Below, piece after piece: positions 38,601 through 52,561 of a stretch of DNA of 64,000 nt. This DNA is from Octopus sinensis (lineage: Eukaryota). Where the stretch lies: contig NC_043002.1 of the NCBI RefSeq assembly GCF_006345805.1, forward strand, positions 98,580,001 to 98,644,000. Reading direction: 5' to 3'. Made by a program: the position numbers and the translations under genes. Positions within the stretch are counted from its first letter, which is position 1; each line of letters opens with the position of its first letter. The notes under the pieces were generated by a model. It ran no database searches. It was given only the letters and a program-made list of their open reading frames with translations, and was not told where the DNA came from.

Positions 38601-40337
38601 ACGTATCAGTCCAAGTACTGGAGTTAACTGATTAATCCCTTATCTCTAAATTTATAGAAATAGTTATTAAGAATATAAACAACTTTGAGTTTATAACATT
38701 GAGGCTATGGATCAAACTCTGAAAGAAATTTATTATACCTAATAATAGCACAGACACAGCTATGTAGTTAAGAAGTTCACTTCCCAACCACATGGTTTCA
38801 GGTTCAGTCCCATACTGTGACACCTTGGGGTAATGTCTGGAAGAAGGGTCTGCACTATGGCTTTTAGAGTTGACCAAAGCATTCTGTGTGGATTTGGTAG
38901 ATGGAGATTGAGAAATGTCTACCTTATATATGAGTGAGTGTGTGTGTGCATATATGTATGTGTTTGTGTCTCCTTGTCTTAATATCATACAATTGATATA
39001 AACAAACATCACTGTTATGTAGAGTGTCCCTTGTTGCCACTCTTCAATGAGGACATGTCTTGCCATGAGAAAATATTGCCTTGTTTGGAGACAAGAAGGT
39101 GACAAAAAGGGCATCCATCCATCCATAGAAAATCTGCATCAATCAATCTTGTCTGATTCATGCTTGCATGGAAAAGTAGACATTAAAATGATGATGACAT
39201 TGTTGATGATAATGATAATGATGATGATGATAAGATGGCTGGAGATTTGATATTGAAATATTTTGGCATCTGGAGTTAAAATACAGGAGGATTGATGGTA
39301 GAAGTGGTACTATGTCAAAGAACAAAACATTGTATTATTTGATTGAATTCACAAGGTGGCAAGCTAGCAGAGCTGGTAGCACACCAGACAAAATGCTTAG
39401 TGACATTTTGTCTGCCTTTATGTTCTGAGTTCAAATTCTGCCATGGTCAATTTTGCTTTTCATTCTTTCAGGGTCAATAAAATTAGCAATCAGCTAAGTA
39501 CTGGGATCGATGTAATCAATTAGCACCCCTACCTCCACCCACCACCCTCTGACAAAATTTCAGGCTTTGTACCTTTATGATTATTATTATGATTATTTGA
39601 TTGTATTCATATATGGTCTTGAGTTCCAATTCTGCCCAGGTTTGCTTTGCTTTTCATTCATCCAAGGTCAGTGTAGTTGACTATATCAGCTATATCATAA
39701 AATACAATTTCTCAGCAGCCATGATCATGAATAAAAGAACTAGAGTATAAAAAAGCATAAAAAAGCAAAAATACAGATCCCAACCAACCAATAAGTTGTA
39801 CTTGTCAGGGATTACAATAAGAAATAATTGAAAATTCAGTTTAAATCAGCAGTTTTTTTTCTTTTTATTGTTATGAATTACAAAAGCGGCTTTATTTCAG
39901 TTTTGCATGTTGCATTATGAAAACAGAATGCCGCTGTTGGTCAATAAAAACATGTGACCTGCTATATTTAAGTACATTTGTGATATATATATATCTAAAT
40001 TTTTTTTTCCCCTGTTGATTAATACTTAATATTGTTTGGAGAATATTTATTTTCTCTGTAGTATGTATATTTTTGGTTTAAACAACAAAAGTCATATGAT
40101 TGTGACCTCAAACAATACTTGTTACTGTAATTGATAAGAAACATTTCCCTTTTCATCAGTTTGTATAGCTGAAATATGTCATTCTTTATATTATGATACC
40201 CAAACAACAATATACAAATATTTAAACTTAAATTTAAAAAAAAAAAATATTCCAATGCATGTATGTTTAGAATACAATATATATATAAAACATAAGATAA
40301 AAATAATGAAAGGTTTGACTTCTAAATTCATTTAGTG

Positions 40338-40356
40338 TATATGTATATGTATATGC

Positions 40357-40389
<33 letters not shown>

Positions 40390-40394
40390 ATATA

Positions 40395-40448
<54 letters not shown>

Positions 40449-40495
40449 ATGTATATCTATCTATATATATATGTGTGTATGTATATCGATCTATC

Positions 40496-40539
<44 letters not shown>

Positions 40540-40626
40540 TGTGTGTGTGCATGTATCTATATCTATCTATATATATATGTGTGTATGTATATATCTATCT
40601 ATCTATATATCTATATATATATGTAA

Positions 40627-40677
<51 letters not shown>

Positions 40678-40705
40678 CATATATATGTATGTATATCTAT
40701 CTATG

Positions 40706-40748
<43 letters not shown>

Positions 40749-40766
40749 ATATATATATATATATAA
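40338..40766. repeat. Complex (TA)n/(TG)n/(TATC)n microsatellite
   Basis: Direct reading. Confidence 0.95.
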
Positions 40767-41011
40767 ACCTAAGATTAAAATAATAAGAGAAGCATTTGGA
40801 ATTCTAAACTTATGTGGTGTATTCTTTGTTGTCAGCTGATATTCTTAGTAACCTGCAAGAGAGTATGCAAATAAAGCACATTATTTATGTGATATTATTG
40901 AAAGATGAAAATAAATAATGGTACAGCAAATGTAAATATTTGTTTCTCTTATTTAAAGAATTGCATAGCTTTGTTAGTTTTAATCATTTGTTTGGTTTCT
41001 TTCTGTTCCAG

Positions 41012-41100
41012 AACCCAATTTTGTATCATCATATGAAATAGAGAGCCACATATATTTCTTTTTCCGAGAAACTGCTGTTGAATATATTAACTGTGGCAAA
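41012..41100 (+). CDS. Sema5: Sema5-like exon (89 nt): EPNFVSSYEIESHIYFFFRETAVEYINCGK
   Basis: Acceptor ttccag, donor gtaagt; EPNFV and YFFFRE.AVE motifs. Confidence 0.96.
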
Positions 41101-41210
41101 GTAAGTTCCTTCAATTTTCTAATATGACCGCCACTTCCAACTTAAAAAACAAGACATGAATTATTTTATCATTTTTGTATAAACATCTTTGTATAAAAAA
41201 CATGCATGCA

Positions 41211-41243
<33 letters not shown>

Positions 41244-41889
41244 TCATATACACACACACACACACTCATACATACACACATGCATAACAAGTGGGGATAC
41301 ATAGTTCACTTCATAGCCACATGGTTTAGAGTTCTGTTTCACTGTGCAGTACCTCGGGAAAGAGTCTTCTATTGTAGCCACTGGCTGACCAATGCCTTGT
41401 GGGTGGAATTGATAGATGGAAACTGTATGGAAATCTATCATGTATATGTGCATATTCCTGCATGCAAATGAATATTTACATCTTACATGTAATCTTCCTA
41501 CTTTAAACCTTGCCTTACTATTTGTATCTGTACCAAATGCATTATTTTTCGCATCAGCTAAAAAGAAAGAATTCTTGCATCTGAGATTCTTTTATTACAC
41601 ATTTCAGCCCTAAAGCTGTGGCCATGCTAGGACACTGCCATTGTCATCACCTTTTCAAAGGCCACTCTTACATGATTGGCTTTCGGTGAAGGAGGGAGTT
41701 TGACACTATTGCCCTCTTTTGGGTCTACTGCCTTGATATTGGTTCATCTGGAACCTTGGATAGCAGGAGGTCAAGTTGTTTCTTGAAAACATCTACCTCA
41801 ACTCCATGATGATCCCTCAGATGTTTTGGCAAGGTGGTAAATGGCTGTGGGCCCGGTTTTTAAATTTTTTTTTTTTTAAGTAATGAAAG

Positions 41890-42220
41890 TATTTTGCAAG
41901 TCTGAAAGTAGTGTTAGCACAATTTGCTACAAATTTTAGACAGATTTTGATCTCCATGTGTCTAACACACGTGGACATGCCTACCAAAGTCAGAAAACAA
42001 CACAGTCCCATGACTTTCGGAAACAATTTTTCACGCTCAGAGTTGCTGAAGCATGGAATAAACTGCCTGCGTCGTTGTTGACTGCCATGACACTGCATCC
42101 TTTAAGGCCCTCATGCTTTCGAAATCGCCGAAACTACACTGATTATATATACACTTAGATGAGTTGTAGTGCACCTGAGCACTGTACACAATGTTTTTTA
42201 TTATTATTATTATTATTATT
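41890..42220 (+). mobile_element. CR1-like LINE 3' end
   Basis: SNTRGHAY...DFRKQFFTLRVAEAWNKLPAS motif followed by a short 3' UTR and an (ATT)n tail. Confidence 0.8.
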
Positions 42221-43120
42221 TGTAATGACAACATCTAATTAGTGCACCTTATAATCCCTTCAAAAAATCAGTGTAAATCTGACCTTTGAAAGTCTTTTTT
42301 TCTTCTTAATTTATACAGACATTAGTAGCATAAATATGACACATACATTAATTAGCAGCAGCAGCAACAGAATATACACAAAATGATCTATCATAATTTA
42401 TGTTAATACTATTTCTGGTGTATTTTAAATGCCTGGTTGCTGTTTAACACCTGGTTGGTAATGATTATGCATATATGTATTTATGCATGTCTATGTAAGT
42501 GTAATTCTGTATGTGGGTGTTTGTCTATATGTATGTGACACGTGGGAGTGTGAGACTTCCATAAGACATTGAAAAATATTTATTTATTCTGAAATCCTTC
42601 TGTAATTTAAACAATGAATGGACAAATAATTTAGAAGCTACCATTTTTCCCATCGCTATTGAGCAACAGAAGTCTGTTAATGAACCCAGGTGGAGTTAAT
42701 TTGTTGAGTAAATTCTTTATACCAGCTGATTAACTATATAGCTTCAACTAATTGATGATGGCCGAGTACTTCTATTACTGAGGATAATAAGTGCGGGAGA
42801 AGAGAGAGAGAAAGCAAATAAACAAAACTAATCAGTTGGATATGCACACAAATATGTAGATCTTAGATACACATAGACACACATTTTATGCATACGTATG
42901 CAATTATATATAAACGCATGCACACACACACACACACTCACATGTATACACACACACACTTAAACATACATGCTCATTCACACAGACACTCATGTTTCCA
43001 CCCACACAGTCTCATATACATCTGCCCATTCTCTCTCTCTCTCTCAAAAGCATACATTCAAACTCAGATACACACATACATACTCACAGACAGACAGACA
43101 AGCAAACAGACTCAGAAATC

Positions 43121-43470
43121 ATGCACACTTGAGGACATGCTAATGCATATTTGAGGACAGGCTGATGCATATTTGAGGACAGGCTGATGCATATTTGAGG
43201 ACAGGCTGATGCATATTTGAGGACAGGCTGATGCACACTCAGGGATAGGCTGACACACATTTGAGAACAGGCTTAGACATGATAGAGGACTAGTTGATGC
43301 ATGATAGAGGAGAGACTAATGCACATTTGAGGACAAGCCAATGCACTCTAGGGACAGGCTGATGCATACTTGAAGACAGGATGATGTACTCTTGAGGACA
43401 GGCTAATGAACTGTCATGAATAGTCTGTCACATACTCAAAAGCCAGTTGATGTATGTTCGAGGGCAGGTT
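43121..43470. repeat. 22-bp minisatellite (atgcatatttgaggacaggctg) with progressive decay
   Basis: Period 22; a few perfect copies followed by diverged ones. Confidence 0.9.
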
Positions 43471-44483
43471 GATAACACATAGATTTTATAATTCATTTCA
43501 ATGACATTAAATATAATTTTGACTTTGGCTGGTCTTGTGAGTGGATTTGGTAAACTGAAACTGTGTGGAAGCTTGGTTATATATGTATATATATTTGTAT
43601 CTCACATATCTTGACAACTAGTACTGGTTTGTTTGCATTCCTGTAATTTAGTTGCTTGGTGAAAATCGTCCTATTGGATAAGGACCAGATTTTGAAAATA
43701 TAAGTACTGGAATCAATGTGATTGACTGAACCCTTTCAGGTGGTGCTCCAGCATGGCCACAGTTCAGTGATTAAAACAAATAAAAGAATAATAAGATATA
43801 CACACACACATGATGTAAAGACGCACGCACACACATGTCTCAGTTGGCACACAGACCAAACTCAGTACCACTTGGTGGTGAAGCAAACTGCTGAGTTTTT
43901 CAAAGATAATGTATATACTGATATGCACATGCATGCATGCACACACACACACACACACACACAATTGTAGCATTATTCCTAAATTAGAAACCTTTATTAT
44001 ATCATCTTTAAAGTAGTGAGTTGATAGAATCATTAAATAACTGGAAAAAATGTCCTGTGATATTTGTTCTAGGTTTTTAATTTCTGAATTCAAATCCTGA
44101 AAGGGTCAGTTTTACCTTTCATTCCTCTTTGGTTGATAAAATAAAGTATCAACCAAGTGTTAAGTTCAATGCAATTAACTAAAATTGCTGATCTTGGGCC
44201 TCACTTGAAAATTAAGGACAATAGATTGGTAAAATCATTAGAGCATCACACTAGGGCCTTGCAAAAACTTTTTCCAGTTCTTTACATTCTGAGTTCCAAA
44301 CTAGCCAAAAATCCCCTTTGTTTTTCATTATTCAGAGGTTGATAAAATAATGTACCAGTCTCTAATATCAACTGCTCCCTATCTCTTCAAAATTACTGTC
44401 CTTGTGCTTTAATTAGAAATCATTATTATTATCAACTGTATTATGATCAGTGTTATGATTGCAATGGTGCTTCTGATGATGAA

Positions 44484-44874
44484 TCTTTATATATAAAAGA
44501 GAGGTTGTGTGCTGTCTGTCTCCTACGATTTAGATTCCTAACTACTCCCACATTTTGCGGTGCAGTTTAACCAAAACCGCGTATCTTATAGTCGTGATTC
44601 ATATCAATCCCTTCTGGGTATTAGCACGCGTCTACGATGAGTCTACATTAAAAAAAATTACCATCAATTTTTCCCATTTTAATGCATTTTTGGCATATAT
44701 TAGGGAAGTAACTCTCTAAAAATTTATTATTAAATCTCAGAACGTAAAAAGCTACAGTAACACGCCCACTTTGTGGTTAGCCATATTGAGATGGCTATTA
44801 TACTTTACATCTCTAAAAATGCTTATATAGTTATTTCCCTTACAAACCCGAGCAACGCCGGGCGATACTGCTAG
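44484..44874 (+). mobile_element. Non-autonomous Helitron, variant internal segment
   Basis: A|TC...CTAG|T; internal tagccatattgagatggcta hairpin. Confidence 0.88.
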
Positions 44875-44949
44875 TTGTTTAATAATTTGATTTGTTTATT
44901 GGAGGATATTTAAGTCAGAAGATTATATATGGCTTTCTGAATTATTTCT

Positions 44950-45300
44950 ATCTTTTACTTGTTTTAGTCATTTGACTGCAGCCATGTTGGGGCATTGCCT
45001 TGAAGTATTTAATCAATCAAAATGATTCCAGTATATATATTTTAAATCTGGTACTTATTCTGTCAGTCTCTTTTGCTGAACTGCTCGGTTACAGGGACAT
45101 AAACCAACACAGACACACCACATATATATATATATATAATGGGCTTTAAGTTTCTGTCTACCACATCCACTCACAAGGTTTTGATCAGCTCAGAGCTATA
45201 GTAGAGGACACTTGTAAAGTTGTTGCACAGGGAAATTGAACTCAGGACGACATGATTGGGAAGCACCACTTCTTAATCACAAAGCCACACCTGTACATAT
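44950..45300 (-). mobile_element. SINE family B, degenerate
   Basis: Diverged match (cagtcatttgactgcagccatg...cttaatcacaaagccac). Confidence 0.65.
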
Positions 45301-45831
45301 AGGCCACATCAAATATTATATATTTTACGCCATTTGTATTTGTTCCTTTTTTTCTGTATTACAAAAAAGAAAAGTAAAACAAATATGATTTATAATATTT
45401 CCAATGTAATTTTTAAATATGGTATTCAACATATTCCATAACTTTTTGGTAAGAAAAATGAGGCAAACCAGTAAAAAAGAAAAAGAAAAAAATTGGGGAA
45501 AAAATAACTTTGGCATTAGAACCAGATGAATCTGTAGAATCATCTGTTTCTAATGCCAACATTGCCAGACAAATGAGCGAAAGGCAAATGTTTATGTTAA
45601 AGAATAAAGAAATTGAGATGGTTAAAATAGTTTTAATGAAAACAAGGAGAAAGAACATCATAGAATAATCCTAATCTGATGCTGATCTGCAAAATTCATC
45701 ATTATAAAGTGATGGGCATTTTCTGCCAAGGCTCATCATCATTACTACCACCGTTATCACTACCACCACCAGCTTTCACATCTGCTTTACGTAATTGAAA
45801 TGAAGATGAATCTTGTATTTAAAGATCCGTA

Positions 45832-46399
45832 TTGGGTTGTCCGGAAAGTTTGTGCCGATTTATAATAGCTTACCTTTCGACTTATTTTGGGACATGGTTG
45901 AGTCCATAGAATAGGTAGGATTTGACTACACCTCCAATTAGAGCACAGTTTAAGCTATCTTTTCGTGGAAGAAGATTTGTTCCTATAACCCGTGTTAATT
46001 TTGTAACCCTTTAAAGTGGAAGATAAGAAAGTTAATTTTCGGCACTTGATGCTTTGGGAACTAGATAAAAATTTTTGCACTTCGGCTGGGATGTGTTACC
46101 CCACCCTTCATATTCACCAGATGTTGCTCCTTCAGATTTCCACTTAATCAGGTCTCGGCAGAATAGTCTTAATGGTAAAAATTTCAATTCCTTGGATGAC
46201 GTAAAAAGATACCTTGATGAATTCTTTGCTATGAAACCACCTCAATTCTGGGAAGAGGGTATTTTCAAGTTAAAGGAAAGATGGAGACGCATTGTACAAC
46301 AAAATGGTTCATATTTGGTTGATTAAGAATGTAATGGCAAGTATTTATTGACCATTTTCTTTCCTTTAAAAATTGGCATGAACTTTCCGGATAACCCAA
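45832..46399 (+). mobile_element. Internally deleted mariner transposon (568 bp, mellifera-subfamily-like)
   Basis: TA TSDs; ~30-bp TIRs ttgggttgtccggaaagtttgtgccgattt / aaattggcatgaactttccggataacccaa; N-terminus (M)EDKKVNFRHLMLWE fused to C-terminus GWDVLPHPSYSPDVAPSDFHL.RS.QNSLNGKNFN...ERWRRIVQQNGSYLVD. Confidence 0.92.
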
Positions 46400-46926
46400 T
46401 AGTTTGGACAAAGCAAATTTGTATCTCATTTGGAATATTATAAATATTAATAATAATAAGGCTAATTTTGGCACAAGGCCAGCAATTTTGAAGGAAGGAG
46501 CATGTCAATTACATCAACTCCAATGCACAACTGGTACCTATTTCAATAAGCCTGAAAGTATTAAAGGTAAAGTCAATCTTGGCAGCATTTGAGCCCAGAA
46601 TGTAGACTCAGAGGAAATGCCCCTAAACATTACTGTTCAGCACAGTAGTGGGGATTCCACAAGGTTGTTGCCTTACATAATAAAAATAATAATCCTTTCT
46701 ACTATAGGCACAAGGTCTGGAATTTTAGGGGAAGGGGAAGTTGACTACATCAATTCCAGTGTTCAACTGGTCCTTGTTTTATAAACCCCGAAGGGATGAT
46801 AGGTAAAATCAACCTTGACAGCTTTTGAATTTAGAATGTAGTCAGAAGAAATGCCACTAAACATTTTGTCCAGTGTAGTAACAATTCTGCAATCTCACCA
46901 CCTTAATTAATAAAAATAATTAAAAT

Positions 46927-47169
46927 AATGATAATGATGGTGATGATGATGATGATAATAATAATAATGATAATGATGATAATAATGATAATAATAATAA
47001 TAATAATAATGATAATAATGATAGTGATAATGATAATAATAATAGTAATAATGATAATAATAATAATGATAATGATAATAGTAATGATAATGATAATAAT
47101 GATGATAATAGTAATGATAATGATAATAATAATGATAATGATAATAATGATAATAATAATGATAATGAT

Positions 47170-47200
<31 letters not shown>
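46927..47200. repeat. (ATA/ATG)n trinucleotide microsatellite
   Basis: Direct reading. Confidence 0.95.
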
Positions 47201-47529
47201 TCGCAATTGTGGAGATGGTTGGCTATGAAGAAAGCTTGACCGAATTCTTTAATGCTTCTAGTTTGGCATATTGCCTCTTGTAAGTTCTAATCTCAGAGTT
47301 GCTTTTTATTTCCAAAGACACTAGTAATAAATACTATCCTTATATTTAGCTTGGTTAAATTGACTATATCCTCCCACACTGGAAGTATTGTTAGAAGGTT
47401 GGGAAAAACTGCCTTTGCAGTACTTGTTCTGGTTTTTTACTCATTAAGAGTTCAAATCCTACTTACATCATCTTCTGCTCATGATCAGAAATGCACATAT
47501 CGTCAGCCAATAAGGGACATGCTCAACTG

Positions 47530-47583
<54 letters not shown>

Positions 47584-47985
47584 GAGTGAGAGAGCAGTGC
47601 ATGCCATCAAAGTGACACTGGGGTGAAATATACGAAGCCCAATATACCCATCATGACTACCCGTCTGATAAGGGTACACCAGGTACATGCATCACAACCA
47701 TATGTGCGCGACATGGTGATCTCATATCAAGATAAACAGCATATGACCTTGCAGGTGGGGCCCAGTTAGAATTTTCTTCAGGTCGAGTAACCCATCCTGC
47801 TCAAAAGGTCCCTGAATAAAGGTTGTTTAAGGACGTTGAACGAAACACCCATGTTTCCAGAGGTGAATTATTCAAGCCCCAAAGAATCCCTCTCAACGCA
47901 TGGCTATGATGCTCCCCCACTACTTCTGCTCTCTCTCGATCAGAAATGCACATATCATCAGCCAATAAGGGACATGCTCAACTGG
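47584..47985 (-). mobile_element. Family C retroelement, 5'-truncated
   Basis: Same 3' end, (TTA)n on both sides. Confidence 0.82.
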
Positions 47986-48832
47986 TTATTATTATTATTA
48001 TTATTATAAGTTGGTGGCAGTGGTCAGTGTAGATTGCAAGACTGAATGCGTTGTTACATCCCTATGTGCTCTGAGTTCATATCTTATCTGGCTTGATCTT
48101 TGCCTTTCATCTTTCTAGAACTGCCACTGCAGCAGCAGCAGCAGCAACAGCAGTTTAGTCAGCTCTTTATGTTGGTATGGATTGGACAGTTTTGACTGTT
48201 GCTCAAGTCTCTGGTTGTACAAAAGAAAAGCTGAATGGAAAATTGGATACAACATATCGTTTTTTATTACAGTCAACCTGCTCTCAAACAAACACCGAAT
48301 AACAAATAGTGCAGTTTGATGCTGAAATCTAGGACTGTACTGAAGACTGGGTTAGATCTTACTCTCATATATGAAACACACACATGCACACATACACGCA
48401 CACACACACACACACACACACTTTTACCAAAATGGACTAATAAAAGGCATGGACACAGTTACCACATCTTCAGACAAATGACAGAAATAAAATTCTGGTT
48501 GATTCTGTTCAGTAGCAGCAACAGTATTTCTGAAGTTTCCTAGCTGTACATCTTTAGAGATAAATTTTTGTTCTGGTATTTACATTTTGGTTGGTTTGAG
48601 TTCAGAGATCATCAGGTGTCCTATTCTTAGATTTATGAGATACCTATATCCTAGCATTGGACAGCACTCAAACTAAGAACCATTGATAACGCAAAAGAGA
48701 TTGAGATGTTTCATTTCTTTTCTATAATTTAGTAACTTGCACATTTTCTTAGAATAAAGAAAACGTGAGCAACTATTATGTTCTCTGTGTTTCATATTAT
48801 TAATCATTTATTTTTCTTTTCTCTTTATCTAG

Positions 48833-48865
48833 AAAGTCTATTCTAGGGTAGCAAGAATATGTAAG
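48833..48865 (+). CDS. Sema5: Sema5-like 33-nt micro-exon: KVYSRVARICK
   Basis: Acceptor tatctag, donor gtaagt; canonical SRVAR.CK motif. Confidence 0.95.
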
Positions 48866-49261
48866 GTAAGTACATTCATAGAAATATGATGAATTTTGTG
48901 ATTTATGTCAAAACTGTGGTTGACAGCCTAATTTTGTTCTACAGCATACTTGTATACTTTATGAAAAGTGGCTATTTATGATTGGTCATTCCCTTGGATA
49001 TTACTGTTTTGGGTCCTAGGACTCATAAGGCAGGTTACCCAGTTTCACTGCTGTGCAAGTGACCAAGATCGCAATGTTCCCTCCGAACAGGATGCCAGTT
49101 CATTGCAGGGTTACTAATTTACAGCCAAGTGGACTGGAGTAATGTGAAATGAAGTGTTTTGTTCAAGAATGTAGCACACTGCCCAGTTTGGAAATTGAAA
49201 CCATAATTTTATGATCATGGGTGCAACACCTTAACCACTATGCCATCTATGCTAGATAAAA

Positions 49262-49600
49262 AGGGTAAAGGCCCCCTTCTGTCATGAATGACCATGGGAT
49301 TGCACCTAGAAAGTTACCCTCAGAGGCACAAGTCTGGACAGGGTTGTTTCTGGAAGACCAGCAGTCGCTCATGCATACCAGCCTCCCTTCTCCCAACCAC
49401 TGATGTTATCCAAGGGAAAAGCAAATGCTGATACAGCTTTGCACCAGTGATGTTGCATCTCATTTCTACAACTGAGTGAATTGGAGCAATGTGAAATAAA
49501 GTGTTTTGCTCAAGAACACAACACACAGCCTGGTCCAGGAATCAGATTCACTACCTCATAAGTGTGACCCTGATGCTCTAACCACTGAACCATGCGCCTA
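49262..49600 (-). mobile_element. tRNA-headed CORE-like SINE (a related fragment lies at about 49020-49245)
   Basis: Minus strand aggcgcatggttcagtggttagagc...gtgttcttgagcaaaacacttt. Confidence 0.6.
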
Positions 49601-49857
49601 AAAATTCTAGGAGTTCAAAATAGGTGTGTGTGTATGTGTGTGTGTGTGTGTGTGTGTACGTGTGTGTGTGTTTGTTACATTAGAAATCAGGTAAAATTTA
49701 TTAACTAGTAACTGTAAACAGCGTGTGGAGGACTTACAGTGGAATTTTAATGGTGGCAGTCTTGAAACTGAATAATTTTCATGTAAGAAATTTATGATGG
49801 AAATCTCATCCATTGTTTTTACACCCCTTTTTTTGTTTTTTTTCTTTTACTCTTCAG

Positions 49858-50027
49858 ACTGACAGAGGAGGAGATAGCCTCCTTCTAGAAAACAACTGGA
49901 CGACTTTTCTTAAGTCCCGGATTAACTGTTCTCTTCCAGGAGAGTTTCCATTTTATTTCAATGAAATTCAGCATACCTTCTATTCCAAAGAAGAGAATTT
50001 AATATATGCTGTGTTTGGCACCGGAGA
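49858..50027 (+). CDS. Sema5: Sema5-like exon (170 nt): TDRGGDSLLLENNWTTFLKSRINCSLPGEFPFYFNEIQHTFYSKEENLIYAVFGTG(D)
   Basis: Acceptor cttcag, donor gtaagc; WTTFLK.R.NCS.PG..PFYFNE motif. Confidence 0.97.
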
Positions 50028-50846
50028 GTAAGCTTGCATTTAATATCCATTAGTTGTTGTTGTTGTTGTTATTATTCTTCCCCCCTTTCTTCCTCCTTCA
50101 CCACTACTGCTATCATCATCATCATCATCATCGTCATCGTCATTTCCTATAAAGCAATAAAATTACCATAATATCTGTGTTAATGAAAATATTTTCCCAC
50201 TGGAAACTGATAGCAAGCTCAGCAAGTAAATAAATAAATAAATAAGAACAAAAAGAAAGCAATGAAATAGATGCAAAGTGTGCCATTGGGGAAATTGTTG
50301 ATTGTTTTTTTTATCCTGTCCAACACAGAAAATGCTCACTGGCACTTTAGGTGCGCCAGATTCCAGCTTGATGAGGGACAGGTAAGTAAAGTCATGAAGT
50401 GCTCTAACCCAACTTATCTGGCTGGTCCCTACCTTAGTGTAGATGGATGGTACTCCATATTTTTTTCTCTTGTTTCCTTAAATTATATCTTTTTTTTTAA
50501 TGATATCTGTATTCTTATATGTTCATTTATTTATTTTCTGTAATTATCCTTCAGAACTGTAATAATGTTTTAACACTTGTTAATATTCTGTACAATATCT
50601 GTGGCCATCTTTTCATTTTGGTGTAACTTCATTTTACATACCTCTGTATATATGTAGCTGGCTGTAAGTACAAGCCATTGACAATTTCCAATAAGACAGG
50701 CATGGCTGTATAATGAAGAAGCTTGCTTTGCAACCATGTGGTTTTTTTCTACTCACAGCAGCATCCTTGGCAAGCATCTTCTATTATACTCTGGCTATCC
50801 AATGCATTGAGACTGGATTTTGTAAACAGAAACCTGCGTGGAAGTC

Positions 50847-50885
<39 letters not shown>

Positions 50886-51394
50886 TGTGTATATATATAT
50901 AGGCCTGACCTTTCTTTCTTGGTTGGACTACAGTCCATGCAACATCTATATTCCTTCCTGTGCTTGTTAAATCTTATGTCCCTGCCATAATGCTTTACTT
51001 CCACACATGCCAGCTTAATTTAATTCATCCTTAGTTGAAAGACACCTGTTGTTATGTCCTGTTTTTATATTTGTGTAACATTTCTGGGTTTTTTTTCCAT
51101 CCTTGTTTCATATACATTCGCTGCTTTCTTCCAAGGAATCTAATGCTCTTAGCTTATTTCTCCTTGGGGCTGGCCAGATTGGAGCAATCTCAAGTATAAC
51201 CAGCCGAAATTGCAAAGATAATTTTGAACTCGACTGAGGATAGAAAACTCCAAATGATCCATCCTTCTTTCCCTTGTATCAACTGTCTGGATATTTTGTT
51301 TTCCATTTTTGGTTCACCTAACTGTCTGGATGTTTTGCGTTCTTGTCCCATTTTTGTATATATATATATATATATGGTACAGGCATGGCTGTGT

Positions 51395-51800
51395 GGATGG
51401 TCCAGGCATGGCTATGTGGTAAGAAGCTTTCTTCCCAATCACATGGTTCTGGGTTCAGTCCCACTACATGGTAGCTTAGGCAAGTGTATTCTACTATAGC
51501 CTTAGGCTGACTAAAGCTTTGTGAGTGGATTTTGTTGATGGAAACTGAAAGAAGCCTGTTGTATATATATGTGTGTATATTTGTGTGTTTGTGTATGTGT
51601 TTATGTTTGTTCCCACCCCAATTCAACAGATGATTTTCGTTTGTATACATTCCCATAATTTAGTTTGCCAAAAGTGACATACAGAGTAAGTACCAGACAT
51701 AAAAAATAAGTACTAGAGTTACTCTGATCAAGAGAAACCCTTCAAGGTGGTGCCCTCGTGTGACCACAGTCCAATATCTGAAACAAATAAAAGAAAAAAG
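51395..51800 (+). mobile_element. SINE family B, degenerate
   Basis: Diverged match with a duplicated head. Confidence 0.65.
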
Positions 51801-52561
51801 CTACATTTTATTACATTTATGAATGTGTCCTAACTAGAAAGATAAAAAGAGAATTATTATTATTATTATTATTATGGATATAGTATTTTAATTTGTATTT
51901 TCATTTTTCCAAAACGAAAATTTTATTATTTTGGGGTCACACCTAAGTATATCTTGTGATACATAGAGCTATATTCTATGGAACTCTATGCTCTATTGCA
52001 TTTAAGGGAGTGAACCACTCCTCCAGGTGAACAATCACATGCTATTTGGAAATTAATGATTTAAGGTAGGTATGGGCAACCTTTATTGAGAAGTACACCA
52101 AGCAAGGCGTGGCTCATCATCAGGTGGATTGCTGTAATAAAAAAATTTTAGGTAATTTTTCATTAGGCATGCCCTTCAGAAAGTGCTGCCAGCCTTAGTC
52201 TGTCAGTGAATGTTTTAACCCTCTCAGACCTGGGCTCAGATGTCTAACATTACCCTCCACCTGAGCAGAAAAAGGAATAGTTGCATATACAGCTCTAGAG
52301 TAGCAATTGCAGGCAAACTAATGGACAGAATCAGCCGCATCTTCTTTTTCTCTGTGTGTTGTTCATTGCTGCTTTACTGGGAATCCAGCAGAGATGATGT
52401 TTAACCTATTCCCACTATAGCAGGAATATGGAGTGACAGGGTTAAGGTTTCTAGTTTCGTTACCGACAATCAAGATAGGGAAAATTAATAAAAGACAATA
52501 CAGCAATATATGGCTGAGTTTTCTATATCCATTACTTTACAGAAAAATGTTTTCTGCTTAA

